Shown in pieces: positions 48,899 through 59,768 of a DNA stretch of 64,000 bases (position 1 is its first letter; each line of letters begins with the position of its first letter). This DNA is from an uncultured Nitrososphaerota archaeon (lineage in GTDB: Archaea; Thermoproteota; Nitrososphaeria; Nitrososphaerales; Gagatemarchaeaceae): assembly GCA_963718895.1 (NCBI GenBank), contig CAVRAG010000004.1:96001-160000 (forward strand). Reading direction: 5' to 3'. The notes under the pieces are model-generated. The model was not told where the DNA came from. It saw nothing but the letters and a program-made list of their open reading frames with translations, and did not search any database. The position numbers and the translations under genes were made by a program.

Positions 48899-49882
48899 TT
48901 GCCAAAGGTGGAAGTTCAGCTTGACATAGGAGAGAACCAGTACGAACCGATGAAGTTCGTCGAGACCGTGCGGTTCTGTGAGGATCAGGGATTCAAGACA
49001 GCCTGGCTCGGCGACCACTTCTTCCCGTGGTACCACTCGGCAGGCGGGTCGCCATTCGTCTGGAGCACCCTTGGAGTCGCCCTCGACCATACAAGCACGA
49101 TCAAGGTCGGTCCCCTCGTGACGGTGCCTATCGGGGCGCGCTACCATCCTGGGATAGTGGCTCAGGCGAGCGCGACGCTAGACAACATGTACCCCGGCAG
49201 GTTCTTGCTGGCCGTGGGGACCGGAGAGGCTCTCAACGAGAGACCGTTCTGGAACGGGAAGTGGCCCGAATGGGAGGAGAGGATGGAGCGGCTGGTAGAA
49301 GGGTTGGAGTTGATCCGTCGACTGTGGGAATCAAAGAAGCCGTTCAGCTTCAAGGGCAAGTACTATTCAGCCGACTTCTATTACGGGTACACAAAGCCGA
49401 AGACGCAGATACCGATCTACTTCTCCGCGATTGGGAAGAGGGCCGCGTACTACGCAGGGAGGTATGCCGACACCCTGGTCACGATCTCGCCCCGGAACGA
49501 CCTAGAGAGGCTGGAGAAGGTGATACTCCCGGCCTACCGGAAGGGCATCAAGGAAGCCGGGAAGAAGAAGGGAGGGCTGCAAGTCCACCTTTCGTTCACG
49601 TTCATGAGCCCAAGCGAGCTCAGAAAGAGAGCGTGGAGGTCTCTCGGCTGGCTGAGGAAGGACTCCTGGAGCATAAAGGATCCCGTGGCCGTCGAGAAGG
49701 CAGGCAAGAAGGTCACGGACGAGGAGCTGGAGACGGGCATGCACTTCTGCAAGGATTGGCCTGACCTCGTGAGGATAATGCAGTCCTATGCAGACGCAGG
49801 AGCCAACGAGATCTGCCTCTCCACCGGCGCCGAGAAAGACCTGATCAAGGAGGTCCGGGACAACGTGCTCTCGGTGTTCTGA
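48899..49882 (+). CDS. LLM-class, probably F420-dependent (Fgd-like) oxidoreductase
   Basis: GDHFFPW, RYHPGIVAQASATL, VGTGEALNE. Confidence 0.9.
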   Translation: MPKVEVQLDIGENQYEPMKFVETVRFCEDQGFKTAWLGDHFFPWYHSAGGSPFVWSTLGVALDHTSTIKVGPLVTVPIGARYHPGIVAQASATLDNMYPGRFLLAVGTGEALNERPFWNGKWPEWEERMERLVEGLELIRRLWESKKPFSFKGKYYSADFYYGYTKPKTQIPIYFSAIGKRAAYYAGRYADTLVTISPRNDLERLEKVILPAYRKGIKEAGKKKGGLQVHLSFTFMSPSELRKRAWRSLGWLRKDSWSIKDPVAVEKAGKKVTDEELETGMHFCKDWPDLVRIMQSYADAGANEICLSTGAEKDLIKEVRDNVLSVF

Positions 49883-49896
49883 GGGGATGGTCTGGT

Positions 49897-50992
49897 TTGA
49901 GAGCTAGCGACTGCGACACCCCCGCCCTCCTACTCGACATGGACGCGGCAGAGCGCAACATCGAGAAGATGGCCACGTACTTCCGCGGGACCAGCGCGAG
50001 CCTCAGGCCTCATGTGAAGGTCCACAAGTCTCCCTGGCTCGCCCAAAAACAGATTGACGCGGGAGCGAAGGGGATCACCGTCGCAAAGGTGAGTGAGGCT
50101 GAGGTGATGGCGAGAGGCGGGATAGGTGACGTCCTGATAGCAAACGAGGTGGTCGGCGAGTTCAAGGTGAAGAGGCTCGCCAGAGTTGCGAAGCTGTGCA
50201 AGCTCGCCGTGACCGTCGACACTCTGCACAACGCGAGACAGAATCTCGGAGCTGGCCTCCCAGGAGGGCTCGCGAGTCCGTGTCCTGGTAGACGTAAACC
50301 TGAGCAGCGCTGGACAGGGAGTGCTCGACAGGACGGGGGTGGCGCCCGCCGACGCTGTTACCCTCGCACGCGAGGTCTCCAAGATGAGCAACCTGGAGTT
50401 CGGTGGACTGATGGGATATGAGGGCGCCCTCTACGGCTTCCCTGACGCTGCGGCAAAGACCGCAATGGGAAAGAAGGCACTCGGCCTCCTCGTCGGGACG
50501 GCTCAGACTATCAGGGACTCCGGGCTGAGCGTAGACACGGTTAGCTGCAGCGGCACCATGTCGTACAAGATCGCCGCCGAGTTCCCGGGCGTAACGGAGG
50601 TGCAGGCCGGGGGGTACGTGTTCATGGACCTCGGGTACCGCAAGGCTGGCGTGGATTTCGAGACCTCCCTAACACTGTTGACCACGGTCGTCAGCAAGCC
50701 GAGGCCGGAGAAGCTGATAATCGATGTGGGATACAAGGGGATAAGCGCGGAATCCGGACTGCCCAAGATCAAGGACAGGCCAGACCTCGAGGTCGTCTCC
50801 CTCAACGCCGAGCACGGCCATCTGGCGGTCAGGAAGGAGCCTGCCGGACCGGACACGATGGTCGAGGACAAGCTCGAGCTGCTTCCCTGGCACGTTGACA
50901 CGACGACGTGTCTCCATGACGAGTACGTCCTGCTGAGGGGAGGGGAGGTCGAGAGCAGGTTGCAGATAGCCGGCCGCGGGAAGTTACAGTGA
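49897..50992 (+). CDS. DSD1/D-threonine aldolase-like PLP enzyme, frameshift near 50241
   Basis: DTPAL, LRPHVKVHK, RTG, YEG, QAGGYVFMD, AEHG. Confidence 0.88.
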
Positions 50993-50999
50993 CGGCGGG

Positions 51000-51884
51000 T
51001 CAGCCAGACCGCGACTTGATTTCGTCAAGTATCTGGAAGATCGAGGATATGTCGTAGTCGTCGCGCCCCATCTCACTGGCCTTCTCGATGTACCGGTATG
51101 CGACCTCGTCGAGGGACATCGAGACGCCCTTCTGTTCGGCGCTTGCGAGCACTATCGAGAGGTCCTTCTTGAGGTTCCTGACCAGGGCGCCCCCCTTGAA
51201 CTCCCCTGACCGGAGCACCGAGACGAAGTGACGGAAGGGAGGGGAATCCCCCCAGCTCGTCGATATCACTTCCCCTAGGTCCTCCAGCTTGACCCCGAGC
51301 TTCTCGGACCAGAGATAGGCCTCCGCCACGGCGACGAAGTACACGCCCACGAGGGCCTGGTTGAAGAGCTTCATCTTCAGCCCGGAGCCGGACTCGCCAA
51401 GGTAGAAGACTCGCTTACCAATCTTGCCGAGGACGCCCTCGCACTTCGCGAACGCTGAGCGGTCACCCCCCACCATTATGGAGAGAGTCCCGGCGTCCGC
51501 ACCTTCGGGCCCTCCGCTCACCGGGGCATCCAGGAAATGGAACCCACGCTCCTTCAAGGCCGACGCGACCCTCATCGTGACTGCGAGGTCTATCGTGCTG
51601 GTATCGATTACGACGCTCCCTGGGGCAAACCCGTGCACAAGCCCCTTCTCTCCCAGAACCGTCTCTTCAACGCCCTTCGAGTCCGAGAGTGACAGGACCA
51701 CGATCTCGCAGGTCTTGGCCATCTCCGCGGGGGACCCGGCTGCGACGGCCCCGTGCCTCAGCAGGTCCTCGATGGCAGGCCGGCTCCGGTTGTAGACGAC
51801 GACGTCGTATCCACCCCGTAGGAGGTTCTTCGACATCCTGCTGCCCATCACGCCCAGCCCGATGAAACCAATCCTGGAAGCCAA
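51000..51884 (-). CDS. beta-hydroxyacid dehydrogenase (3-hydroxyisobutyrate/tartronate semialdehyde reductase family)
   Basis: GFIGLGVMG, DTST, DAPVSGG, KLFNQ, KDL. Confidence 0.93.
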   Translation of the reverse strand: MASRIGFIGLGVMGSRMSKNLLRGGYDVVVYNRSRPAIEDLLRHGAVAAGSPAEMAKTCEIVVLSLSDSKGVEETVLGEKGLVHGFAPGSVVIDTSTIDLAVTMRVASALKERGFHFLDAPVSGGPEGADAGTLSIMVGGDRSAFAKCEGVLGKIGKRVFYLGESGSGLKMKLFNQALVGVYFVAVAEAYLWSEKLGVKLEDLGEVISTSWGDSPPFRHFVSVLRSGEFKGGALVRNLKKDLSIVLASAEQKGVSMSLDEVAYRYIEKASEMGRDDYDISSIFQILDEIKSRSG

Positions 51885-51977
51885 TCGCTTGGTTGCGCTG
51901 CTCTGGCGGCCTAAAGCGTTTCGGCTTTGGCACGCCCCGGCGGCGAATTAATATCCGACCTCGTGTCGCATTGACCG

Positions 51978-52875
51978 TTGGTCAATTTCAGGCTGGCGAT
52001 CGAGACCACCCTCTTCGCCCAGATGCCCCTCCGCGAGGCACTGGAGAAGTCTTCGGGGTGTGGTTTCGGCATGGTCGAGATAGGCCTCTCGCACTTCGAC
52101 GCGTGCGCCGCGAGAACGGCCAGCGTTGAGACGTTGGACGAGCTACTTTCGCTCAACGGCCTCGGAATCGCGGCGCTCTTCGCCCTTCCGGGTTGGAACC
52201 CCCTCAAACGAACCAAGTCGAGCCCGGGAATCGCATCCCCCGGAGAGTCCCGGCGCGCGAGGAGCGGTCAGGGAGATGAGGCACGTGCTCGAGGTGGCAC
52301 GGAAGCTGGGATGCAAGTCCCTCGCTTCGGAGCTGTCGGGGGACATGGACAATCCGGGAGGGTCGCGGAGGTCATTCGTCAAGTCGATTGGCGAGCTTCT
52401 GCCGGAGCTGCATGACGAAGGCGTGACGATATTCTTCGAGGCGCATCCTGGAGACTTCATCGAGGACTCGTTCGCAGCGGTGAAACTGCTCGCCTCGTTC
52501 GAATCGCAGCACATCAGGTACAACTATTGCGTACCCCACACCTTCAGTCTGGGGCACGGGCCGAGGGAGATCATCCAGGACGCGAAGGGGCTGCTAGGGT
52601 ACGTGCACTTCGCCGATACCCTGATGCCGAGCCGGATATTCTTCTCACCGACTTATCAGCCGAAGGTGAAGCCTCACCTCCACATGATTCCGGGGGGAGG
52701 AGATGTCGACATGAAAGAGGTCCTTTCGAGTCTGGCCAAGGAGGGCTTCGAGGGTTACCTGGTCGCCCAGCCTTTCTCAAGCATGGACGAGCCGGTGAAG
52801 GCGGCCAGGAGGACCAAGGCAATCCTGATCCGCTTGCTGGCCGACCTCGGCCATGGGATAAGGGCCGATCATTGA
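51978..52875 (+). CDS. sugar phosphate isomerase/epimerase TIM barrel (IolH-like), frameshift near 52260
   Basis: EAHPGDFIE, PHTF, VHFADT, HLHMIPGGGDVD. Confidence 0.82.
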
Positions 52876-53294
52876 AGATCAGGACCTTTGGCATCTCTGA
52901 CTACCCGGGTGTCGTCGAAGTCTGGTCAGAGTCAGGGCTTGAGTTCAGACCGGGGGACGAGATGGAGGGAATCAGGACCAAGATTCAGAGAGACCCCGAG
53001 CTCTTCCTGGTCGCCGAGGAGCGAGGGAAGATAGTTGGCAGCGTCATGGGCGCATGGGACGGAAGGCGGGGGTGGATCTACCACCTCGGAGTGCGCCCTC
53101 GATACCGGAGGAAGAAGGTCGCGACCCGGCTGGTAAGGGAGGTCGAGTCTCGGATGATGAAGAAGGGCGTTGTTAAGGTCAACGCCCTCATCTTCGGGTG
53201 GAATGAGGCCTCAATAGGGTTCTTCTCGAAGAGCGGCTATCTCGTCGCAGACATGAAAGAGGCGCAGAAATCTCTGAGCACCGGGAAGGGCTAG
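52872..53294 (+). CDS. GNAT acetyltransferase (YpeA-like)
   Basis: DPELFLVAE, WDGRRGWIYHLGV, KVN. Confidence 0.88.
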   Translation: MKIRTFGISDYPGVVEVWSESGLEFRPGDEMEGIRTKIQRDPELFLVAEERGKIVGSVMGAWDGRRGWIYHLGVRPRYRRKKVATRLVREVESRMMKKGVVKVNALIFGWNEASIGFFSKSGYLVADMKEAQKSLSTGKG

Positions 53295-53308
53295 TCAGGT
53301 GGGTCGGC

Positions 53309-54331
53309 CTATCTCGGGACCGGCGCGTCTTCTCCGATGAGATTCTCAGACTTGAGGTCGTTCCACAGGTCTCTCGGTATCTTGAACCTGAGCGCGTTCG
53401 AGTTGTCCTCCACCTCCTCGGGAGATCGGCACCCCGGTATCGTAGACGTTACGGTAGGGTTCGCCAGGATGAACTGCAGCGCGGCGGCCCTCAGGGGTGT
53501 CGAATGCTCATCGCAGACCTTCTTGATCCTCCGGGCCTTCTTCAGAAGCTCGGGCGGCGCGTCCGCATAGTTGTACTTGGCGCCCGCAGAGAGGTCGGAG
53601 GCGAGGATCCCGCTGTTGAAGGGGCCGCCGATGATTACACCTATTTGGTGGTCGTCGCAGTACGGGAGGAACTCTTCGAGGGCGCCCTGCTCCAGCAGCG
53701 TGTACCTCCCGGCGATTAGGAAGCAATCGAAATCGGCCTTCTTCGCCAGTTTGAGGGCGGTCTCGTAGCTGTTCAGCCCTGCCCCTATCGCCTTCGTTGC
53801 GCCGCTCTCCTTGAGCTTCGAAATGGTCGGATAAGACTCCCTGATAGCCTGCGGGATATCGTCATCGCAGTCGTGGATGAGCAGGATGTCAACGCTCTTC
53901 AGGCGGAGGCGCTTGAGGCTGCTCTGGAACGAGTTCATGATACCCGCCGTGCTGAAATCGAAGACGGCCTCCAGCTTCGGCGCGCCCTTCCATCTTACAG
54001 GCTCAGAGGATGGTACGAGTACCCTTCCAACCTTGGTGGATATTGTGAACAGCTTCCTGTCGATGCCCATGAGCGCCTCGCCGACTCTCCTCTCGCTCGT
54101 GCCCGACCCGTACAGGGGCGCGGTATCGAGGTGATCGAATCCTGCATCGAGCGCCTTCCTGACAGTTGCGACCGCCACGTCGTCCTGCACGGGCTCGTAC
54201 ATGTAGCCCAGGGCTCCCCCGCCGAGCCCGGCTCTGCTGATTTCCAGCTTTGCGGCGCCGACACGAGCCCTGCCAAAACTCGCCAAGACCGTTGTCGGTA
54301 CCGTGTGCAATAGATAGAGTTTTCCGGGCAT
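53309..54331 (-). CDS. aldo/keto reductase, D-threo-aldose 1-dehydrogenase-like (start uncertain)
   Basis: DTAPLYGSG.SE.RVG, STKVGR, FDFS, IHD, AGRYTLL, FNSGIL. Confidence 0.9.
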   Translation of the reverse strand: MPGKLYLLHTVPTTVLASFGRARVGAAKLEISRAGLGGGALGYMYEPVQDDVAVATVRKALDAGFDHLDTAPLYGSGTSERRVGEALMGIDRKLFTISTKVGRVLVPSSEPVRWKGAPKLEAVFDFSTAGIMNSFQSSLKRLRLKSVDILLIHDCDDDIPQAIRESYPTISKLKESGATKAIGAGLNSYETALKLAKKADFDCFLIAGRYTLLEQGALEEFLPYCDDHQIGVIIGGPFNSGILASDLSAGAKYNYADAPPELLKKARRIKKVCDEHSTPLRAAALQFILANPTVTSTIPGCRSPEEVEDNSNALRFKIPRDLWNDLKSENLIGEDAPVPR

Positions 54332-54401
54332 CCGTCTCCGGAGACCTCGTCTGTAGGAATTTTGAACAAGGCTTATACGATTCCCACGGTGGATTACTCT
54401 C

Positions 54402-54788
54402 ATGCTGAAAGAAGAGAAAGCGAGGCTCAAACAGCGCCTGACCCCCAAACAATACGACGTCTGCATCAACAAGGGCACGGAGATTCCGTTCTCGGGCGAG
54501 TACTGGGATAGCCACGAGCAGGGAGTCTATCACTGCGTGGTCTGCGGCAACCCGCTGTTTAGTTCGGAGACCAAGTTCGAATCCGGCACTGGGTGGCCGA
54601 GCTTCTGGGAGCCGATAGCGGCGGGCTCTGTCAAGGAAGAATCAGACAACTCCCTGTTCATGAGGAGGACGGAGGTTGAGTGTGCCCGCTGCGGTTCCCA
54701 CCTGGGGCATGTCTTCAGCGACGGTCCGAAGCCGACCGGTTTGAGGTACTGCATCAACTCGGTCTCTCTGAATCGCAGCGAGAAGTAA
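54402..54788 (+). CDS. msrB: peptide-methionine (R)-S-oxide reductase
   Basis: [39 protein letters not shown]. Confidence 0.97.
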   Translation: MLKEEKARLKQRLTPKQYDVCINKGTEIPFSGEYWDSHEQGVYHCVVCGNPLFSSETKFESGTGWPSFWEPIAAGSVKEESDNSLFMRRTEVECARCGSHLGHVFSDGPKPTGLRYCINSVSLNRSEK

Positions 54789-54842
54789 CTCCGCTCTGAA
54801 CAGGCCCAAAGGCTGATAGCCTGAATCCATCCTAGACCGTCC

Positions 54843-55826
54843 GTGGAGTACGTTAGATTCGGTCAGACGGGCCTGAAGGTCTCTCGAATCTGCCTTGGCT
54901 GCATGACCTTTGGGAACCAGTCGACCTGGATGGTGGATGGCGAAGGCGCGAAGGCGGTGCTGAGGCGCGCCTGGGACCTAGGGATAACCTTCTACGACAC
55001 CGCCGACGTCTATTCGAAGGGGAGGTCCGAGGAGATACTCGGAGAGTTCCTCAAAGGGGGCCGCGAGGACGCGGTAGTCGCGACCAAGGTGTTCAACCCC
55101 ATGGGCGAGGGCGCCAACGCGCAGGGCCTTTCCAGCAAGCACGTGCACCACGCGCTCGACGAGTCTCTTCGCAGGCTGGGGATGGACTACGTGGACCTCT
55201 ACCAGACGCACCGCTGGGACTACGACACGCCGATCGAGGAGACACTCTCGGTCCTCAGCGAGCTCGTCGAGGGTGGGAGTGTCAGGTACATCGGAGCGTC
55301 GAGCATGTGGGCCTGGCAGTTTGCCAAGGCGCTCTACGCCAGCGATATAGGAGGCTACGCCCGCTTCGTGAGCATGCAGAACCTGTACAACCTGATCTAC
55401 CGCGAGGAGGAAAGGGAGATGAACCCCCTCTGCGCCGCTGAGAAGATCGCCCTGATCCCGTGGAGCCCGACCGCCGCCGGGATACTCTCGGGGAAGTACT
55501 TCGACGGCGGCAGGATAGTCACGACGCAGAAAGACAGCGGGAGGGTCTCACCCGGGTCGATGTCCTACTCTAGGTACGTGGGGAAGCCGACGAGCGATGA
55601 AATAGTCCGCAGGACCAGGGAAGTGGCTGGGAACAAGGGTGCGACCCCAACTCAGGTCGCGATTGCATGGCTCCTCTTCAAGGGAGTCACCGCCCCCATC
55701 GTCGGCACGACGAAGGTGGAGCACCTGGAGGAGTTCGTAGAGTCGCTCAACGTGAAGATATCGGCGGAGGAGGCTAAGTACCTGGAAGAGCCCTACACCC
55801 CTCAGGGCGTCTCGGGGCACGTCTGA
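54843..55826 (+). CDS. aldo/keto reductase (aryl-alcohol dehydrogenase/YajO-like)
   Basis: GLKVSRICLGCMTFG, DTADVY, HRWD, YNLIYREEERE. Confidence 0.93.
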   Translation: MEYVRFGQTGLKVSRICLGCMTFGNQSTWMVDGEGAKAVLRRAWDLGITFYDTADVYSKGRSEEILGEFLKGGREDAVVATKVFNPMGEGANAQGLSSKHVHHALDESLRRLGMDYVDLYQTHRWDYDTPIEETLSVLSELVEGGSVRYIGASSMWAWQFAKALYASDIGGYARFVSMQNLYNLIYREEEREMNPLCAAEKIALIPWSPTAAGILSGKYFDGGRIVTTQKDSGRVSPGSMSYSRYVGKPTSDEIVRRTREVAGNKGATPTQVAIAWLLFKGVTAPIVGTTKVEHLEEFVESLNVKISAEEAKYLEEPYTPQGVSGHV

Positions 55827-55827
55827 G

Positions 55828-56238
55828 ATGAAGATTCCCCGCCCCGGCGTCGAAGACAGGGCCTTCTTCTTGTCGGTGCTCCCGAAGGACCCGCATGTCC
55901 ACGTCAGGCCTATGTTCGGGAACGACGCCGCTTTCGTGAACGGGAACCTGTTCGCGGGCCTGTTCGGCAAGGACCTCTTCGTCAGGCTCTCGGAAGAGGA
56001 CCAGACGGAGCTTCTCAGAGAGAAGGGCGCGTCGAGGTTCTCCCCGATGGATGGCAGGCCCATGAGCGGCTACATCGTGGTTCCGGGCGCGTGGAGAACA
56101 GACCAGAAGAAGGCCAGCGCGTGGGTCGCAAGATCGCTTGTATGGGCCTCCGGGCTACCTGCCAAGAAGGCTAAGTCCGAGACCTATCGTCCGGAGCCAA
56201 GGCGCGGCCCCGTCACATCCCCTTCCGGAATTCCTTGA
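55828..56238 (+). CDS. TfoX/Sxy N-terminal domain protein
   Basis: RPMFG, NGNLFAGL, GRPMSGY. Confidence 0.8.
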   Translation: MKIPRPGVEDRAFFLSVLPKDPHVHVRPMFGNDAAFVNGNLFAGLFGKDLFVRLSEEDQTELLREKGASRFSPMDGRPMSGYIVVPGAWRTDQKKASAWVARSLVWASGLPAKKAKSETYRPEPRRGPVTSPSGIP

Positions 56239-56440
56239 CCTCTCCTGTCGTCGCATCCAGAATGAGGAAGGCCGTGTCTGAGAACATGGCCTTGGGTTTC
56301 TTGTACTCGACGTCGAATCTCCAGACACCTTGCATCTCCTCGAGCTTTGCAGATGTGACGTCGAAATCCTCCGCGCCTACCGCCGTCCTGAGCTGTTCGG
56401 CTACCCGCTTCTTGGCGTCAGCAAAGCTCAGCGTGGGCAT
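56213..56440 (-). CDS. small PepSY-like hypothetical protein
   Basis: LSFADA...W...LDATTGEV. Confidence 0.6.
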   Translation of the reverse strand: MPTLSFADAKKRVAEQLRTAVGAEDFDVTSAKLEEMQGVWRFDVEYKKPKAMFSDTAFLILDATTGEVKEFRKGM

Positions 56441-56618
56441 TACTCGAGGCTTCCGTTCCGTTTCATCTCTAGGCACGATATAAGGTTGAGTGGAGACGCC
56501 GCGAGATGGAGGCCGGGCTGGGTCTCATTCGGGAGGTGGCCGGCAGCCTCCATGGAGCCTTCACCGGTCATCTGACGCCCTCGTTCGGTTTAATACCCGG
56601 CCCCCGCGAATCAGGGTC

Positions 56619-57566
56619 GTGCTAGCCTCTTCTCTGACTGAGAAGGTGATCATCACGGCGGCCATTACAGGCGCCGTCCACACGCCTACCATGAGTCCAT
56701 ACCTGCCGATCACGCCGGAGCAGATCGCCGACGAGGCTGTGAGGGCCGCCGAAGCCGGTGCCGCGATTGTGCACATCCACGTGAGGGACCCGTCGACAGG
56801 GAAGCCGACCTCTGACCTTGAGCTGTTCCGCAGAGTCCTGACCGAGATCAAGAAGAGGTCTGACGTCGTCGTCAACACCACCACAGGAGGCGGGTTCGGG
56901 ATGACCGCCCAGGAGAGGCTCGCAGTAGTCCCCGCCTTCAGACCCGAGATGGCCTCGTTCAACATGGGCTCGATGAACTTCGGCCTCTATCCGTACCTCT
57001 CGAAGCCGAGGACGTGGAAGTTTCCCTGGGAGGAACCGTACATCAGGGCGACCAAGGACTACATCTTCAAGAACACCTTCGCCGACATGGAGGTGTTCTG
57101 CAAGACAATGCGAGAGAATGGGACCAAACCGGAACTCGAGTGCTACGACGTCTCGCACGTCTACAACGCGAACAGGCTCCTGGCGGAGGGGACCCTGGAG
57201 GGTCCCGTACACATGCAGTTCGTCCTCGGGATAACTGGGGGGATCGGCGCCTCCCTCGAAGACCTTCTCATGATGAAACAGACCGCGGACAGGTTGCTTG
57301 GTGCCGGGAGCTACACCTGGTCGGTGGCGGCTGCCGGGAGGCACCAGTTCGGGTCATGCCTGGCCGCCGCCAGGCTTGGCGGCCACACGCGGGTGGGCCT
57401 TGAGGACAACCTCTACATGGGGAAGGGTGTCTACGCGCGCACAAACGCCGAACAGGTGACCAAGATTAAGACGATGGTGCAGGAGACGACCGGGCGGGAC
57501 ACCGCCACGCCAGACGAGGTCAGGAAGGGACTCGGCCTGAAGGGCATTGGCGCAGTGAACTTCTAG
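56619..57566 (+). CDS. beta-keto acid cleavage enzyme (BKACE/Kce, DUF849)
   Basis: ITAAITG, AGAAIVHIH.R, SFNMGSMN, RVGLEDN. Confidence 0.93.
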   Translation: MLASSLTEKVIITAAITGAVHTPTMSPYLPITPEQIADEAVRAAEAGAAIVHIHVRDPSTGKPTSDLELFRRVLTEIKKRSDVVVNTTTGGGFGMTAQERLAVVPAFRPEMASFNMGSMNFGLYPYLSKPRTWKFPWEEPYIRATKDYIFKNTFADMEVFCKTMRENGTKPELECYDVSHVYNANRLLAEGTLEGPVHMQFVLGITGGIGASLEDLLMMKQTADRLLGAGSYTWSVAAAGRHQFGSCLAAARLGGHTRVGLEDNLYMGKGVYARTNAEQVTKIKTMVQETTGRDTATPDEVRKGLGLKGIGAVNF

Positions 57567-57607
57567 ACCTCGAAGGAAGAAAGGGCCAAGGGATTTAACC
57601 GATTGAT

Positions 57608-58624
57608 GTGTTGGGAGACCAGATGAAAGCACTGGTCCTGAACAGGCTAGCTCCGATAGAGGACGGCCCTCTCGAATATCGAGAGTTCGACGACCCCATT
57701 CTGGAGCCGTCCGACGTCTTGCTCAGGGTGTCAGCGTGCGGGGTCTGCCACTCGAACCTCCATCTAGTGGAGGGCGACCTCAAGGTCTATGGGATACCCG
57801 CGGCCCTCCCTATCATCCCCGGACACGAGGTGGTCGGGGTAGTCGCGGGGATCGGGCACAGGGTGAAAGACATCAAGATGGGTCAGAGGGTCGGAGTCTC
57901 TGTCATCTGGAGGACCTGCGGCAGGTGCGAGTACTGTTTGAGCGGCGACGAGAACCTCTGCCCGGAGAGGGTGATTTCTGGGGAACACGTGAACGGAGGG
58001 TACGCCGAGTACATGAAGGCCCCGCACGACTTCGTCTACCCGGTACCTGACAACATAAGCGACATAGATGCCGCCACACTGTTCTGCCCCGGGGTGACGG
58101 CGTACAGGGCGGTGGAGAGAGCCGAAATCAGACCTGGAGAGAACGTCATGGTGATTGGGATAGGCGGGGTGGGCCACTTCTCCGTCCAGTTCGCGAAGCT
58201 GAAGGGTGCGCACGTAACGGCGGTCGACGTCTCGAAGGCGCAGCTAGGGCTCGCCCGGGAGATGGGGGCCGATGAGGCCGTGCTCTCCTCGGAGGCCGAC
58301 GAGTTCGCGAAATCGAACAGGCCCGCGAAGGTAATCATGCACACGCCTGCGCCGGCCGCGATAAGCCTCGCTACCAGGGTCGTGAAGAACAGGGGCACGA
58401 TCCTCATGGCGGTCTTCGGCGACGTCCCCGTCGGGTTCGGGGGGGAGGTCGGCATAGTCACGAGCATGGCAGGCAGCAAGAAGGACCTGCACGAGATGCT
58501 CAGACTGGCGTCACAGGGGAAGGTGAGGGTGAAGGCGAAGGGATATCCACTTAGCGAAGGCTCAGAAGTCCTACAGAAGCTCAAGGCCGGCGATGTGGTG
58601 GGAAGAGCAGTCCTTGTCCCCTGA
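57608..58624 (+). CDS. Zn-dependent alcohol dehydrogenase (MDR)
   Basis: CGVCHS, GHE, C-x2-C-x2-C-x7-C, GIGGVG. Confidence 0.95.
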   Translation: MLGDQMKALVLNRLAPIEDGPLEYREFDDPILEPSDVLLRVSACGVCHSNLHLVEGDLKVYGIPAALPIIPGHEVVGVVAGIGHRVKDIKMGQRVGVSVIWRTCGRCEYCLSGDENLCPERVISGEHVNGGYAEYMKAPHDFVYPVPDNISDIDAATLFCPGVTAYRAVERAEIRPGENVMVIGIGGVGHFSVQFAKLKGAHVTAVDVSKAQLGLAREMGADEAVLSSEADEFAKSNRPAKVIMHTPAPAAISLATRVVKNRGTILMAVFGDVPVGFGGEVGIVTSMAGSKKDLHEMLRLASQGKVRVKAKGYPLSEGSEVLQKLKAGDVVGRAVLVP

Positions 58625-58933
58625 GCGCTGAGGACGTTCAGTTCGAATAGGTCAGCGTTCCTTCCACGGTGAGTCTGCATCATCTTCGCGGTTGCGAGAG
58701 ACTCAGCGGACGGCTGTATTCCACTCGCAACGGGAACGAGCCTCTGACGGCAGTAGCGGCAGAAGACCGTGCTCGGTCCTATCTCGTTGCCGCAGGACGG
58801 CGGGCCGCCAAGACCGCACGGTCTCAGCGGATTCTGTGGATTCGGTGGATGAACCTAGCGAAGAGGTCCCCTCCTCTTCACGCGTCGGTTCGCGTGGCGA
58901 GTCATCTTTATTATCAGGAAAGGGGCGTTTACC

Positions 58934-59761
58934 GTGTTGTCCCTGGCAAAGAAAGTCAAGGTGGGCTGCAGCGGCTGGTCGTACAAGGACTGGGCCGGTC
59001 CGTTCTACCCTAAGGATCTGCCCGCAAAGGACTACCTAAGGTTCTACTCCCGGGTCTTCGACTGCGTGGAGATCGACTCCAGCTTCTACAGGATCCCCAA
59101 CCAGTTCATGATAGACCAGTGGATGAGGGCGACCCCCGAAGGGTTCGTCTTCAGCCCCAAGCTCTCCAAGAAGATAACCCATGACAACAAGCTCGAGAAC
59201 TTCGAGAGCACGCTCACGTACTTCTACAGCGTCGTGGGGAAGCTCGGGCCGAAGCTCGGGCCGATCGTGGCTCAGCTACCCCCCTCGGTGAAGGCAGACA
59301 AGCACATGCCCGCGATGAAGAAGTTCGTGGAGTTTCTCAGCCCGAAGTACAAGCACGCCATCGAGTTCAGGCACAAATCCTGGTTCACCCCCGAGGTGTA
59401 CAAGCTGCTCGAGAAGAACAACGTCGCGATGACCTGGTCGCTCAACCAGTACCTCGAGACGCCCGCGGAGGTGACGGCTGACTTCACGGTCCTTCGCATG
59501 GTCGGCGAGCGGGACATCACCGAGTTCGGAGGGATACAGAAGGAACGCAAGGCGGACATGGAGAGGTGGGCTGAGAACCTCAAGGAGGAGGGCGACTCGT
59601 TAGACAATGCGTACGTCTTCTTCAACAACCACTTTGCGGGCTTCGGCCCGGAGTCGGTCAACGAGTTCAGGAGGCTCCTCGGCATGATAGAGATGGATTG
59701 GAAGGAGAAGCAGGTTCCGGGCCCGGCTGACTCGGCCCAGGGGACGCTCACAGGGTTCTAG
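58934..59761 (+). CDS. DUF72 (YecE/UPF0759) family protein
   Basis: VGCSGWSY.DW.G.FYP, VEIDSSFY, QLPPS, EFRHKSW, FFNNH. Confidence 0.93.
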   Translation: MLSLAKKVKVGCSGWSYKDWAGPFYPKDLPAKDYLRFYSRVFDCVEIDSSFYRIPNQFMIDQWMRATPEGFVFSPKLSKKITHDNKLENFESTLTYFYSVVGKLGPKLGPIVAQLPPSVKADKHMPAMKKFVEFLSPKYKHAIEFRHKSWFTPEVYKLLEKNNVAMTWSLNQYLETPAEVTADFTVLRMVGERDITEFGGIQKERKADMERWAENLKEEGDSLDNAYVFFNNHFAGFGPESVNEFRRLLGMIEMDWKEKQVPGPADSAQGTLTGF

Positions 59762-59768
59762 TCGCGCC

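Noticed and set aside
6428-52875. Programmed frameshifting or mass pseudogenisation in about ten split genes (epimerase, nth, wHTH, surface protein B, cyt b, VKOR-like, MFS, DSD1, IolH-like)
   Set aside because: Each is a single-base indel, several in G/C runs, with intact motifs on both sides and no shared slippery heptamer. Long-read assembly error is the simplest explanation.
58625-58900. ncRNA or gene in the ADH-DUF72 gap
   Set aside because: The minus strand shows only a degenerate zinc-ribbon fragment (PSCGNEIGPSTVFCRYC) with no start codon; no RNA motif was recognised.
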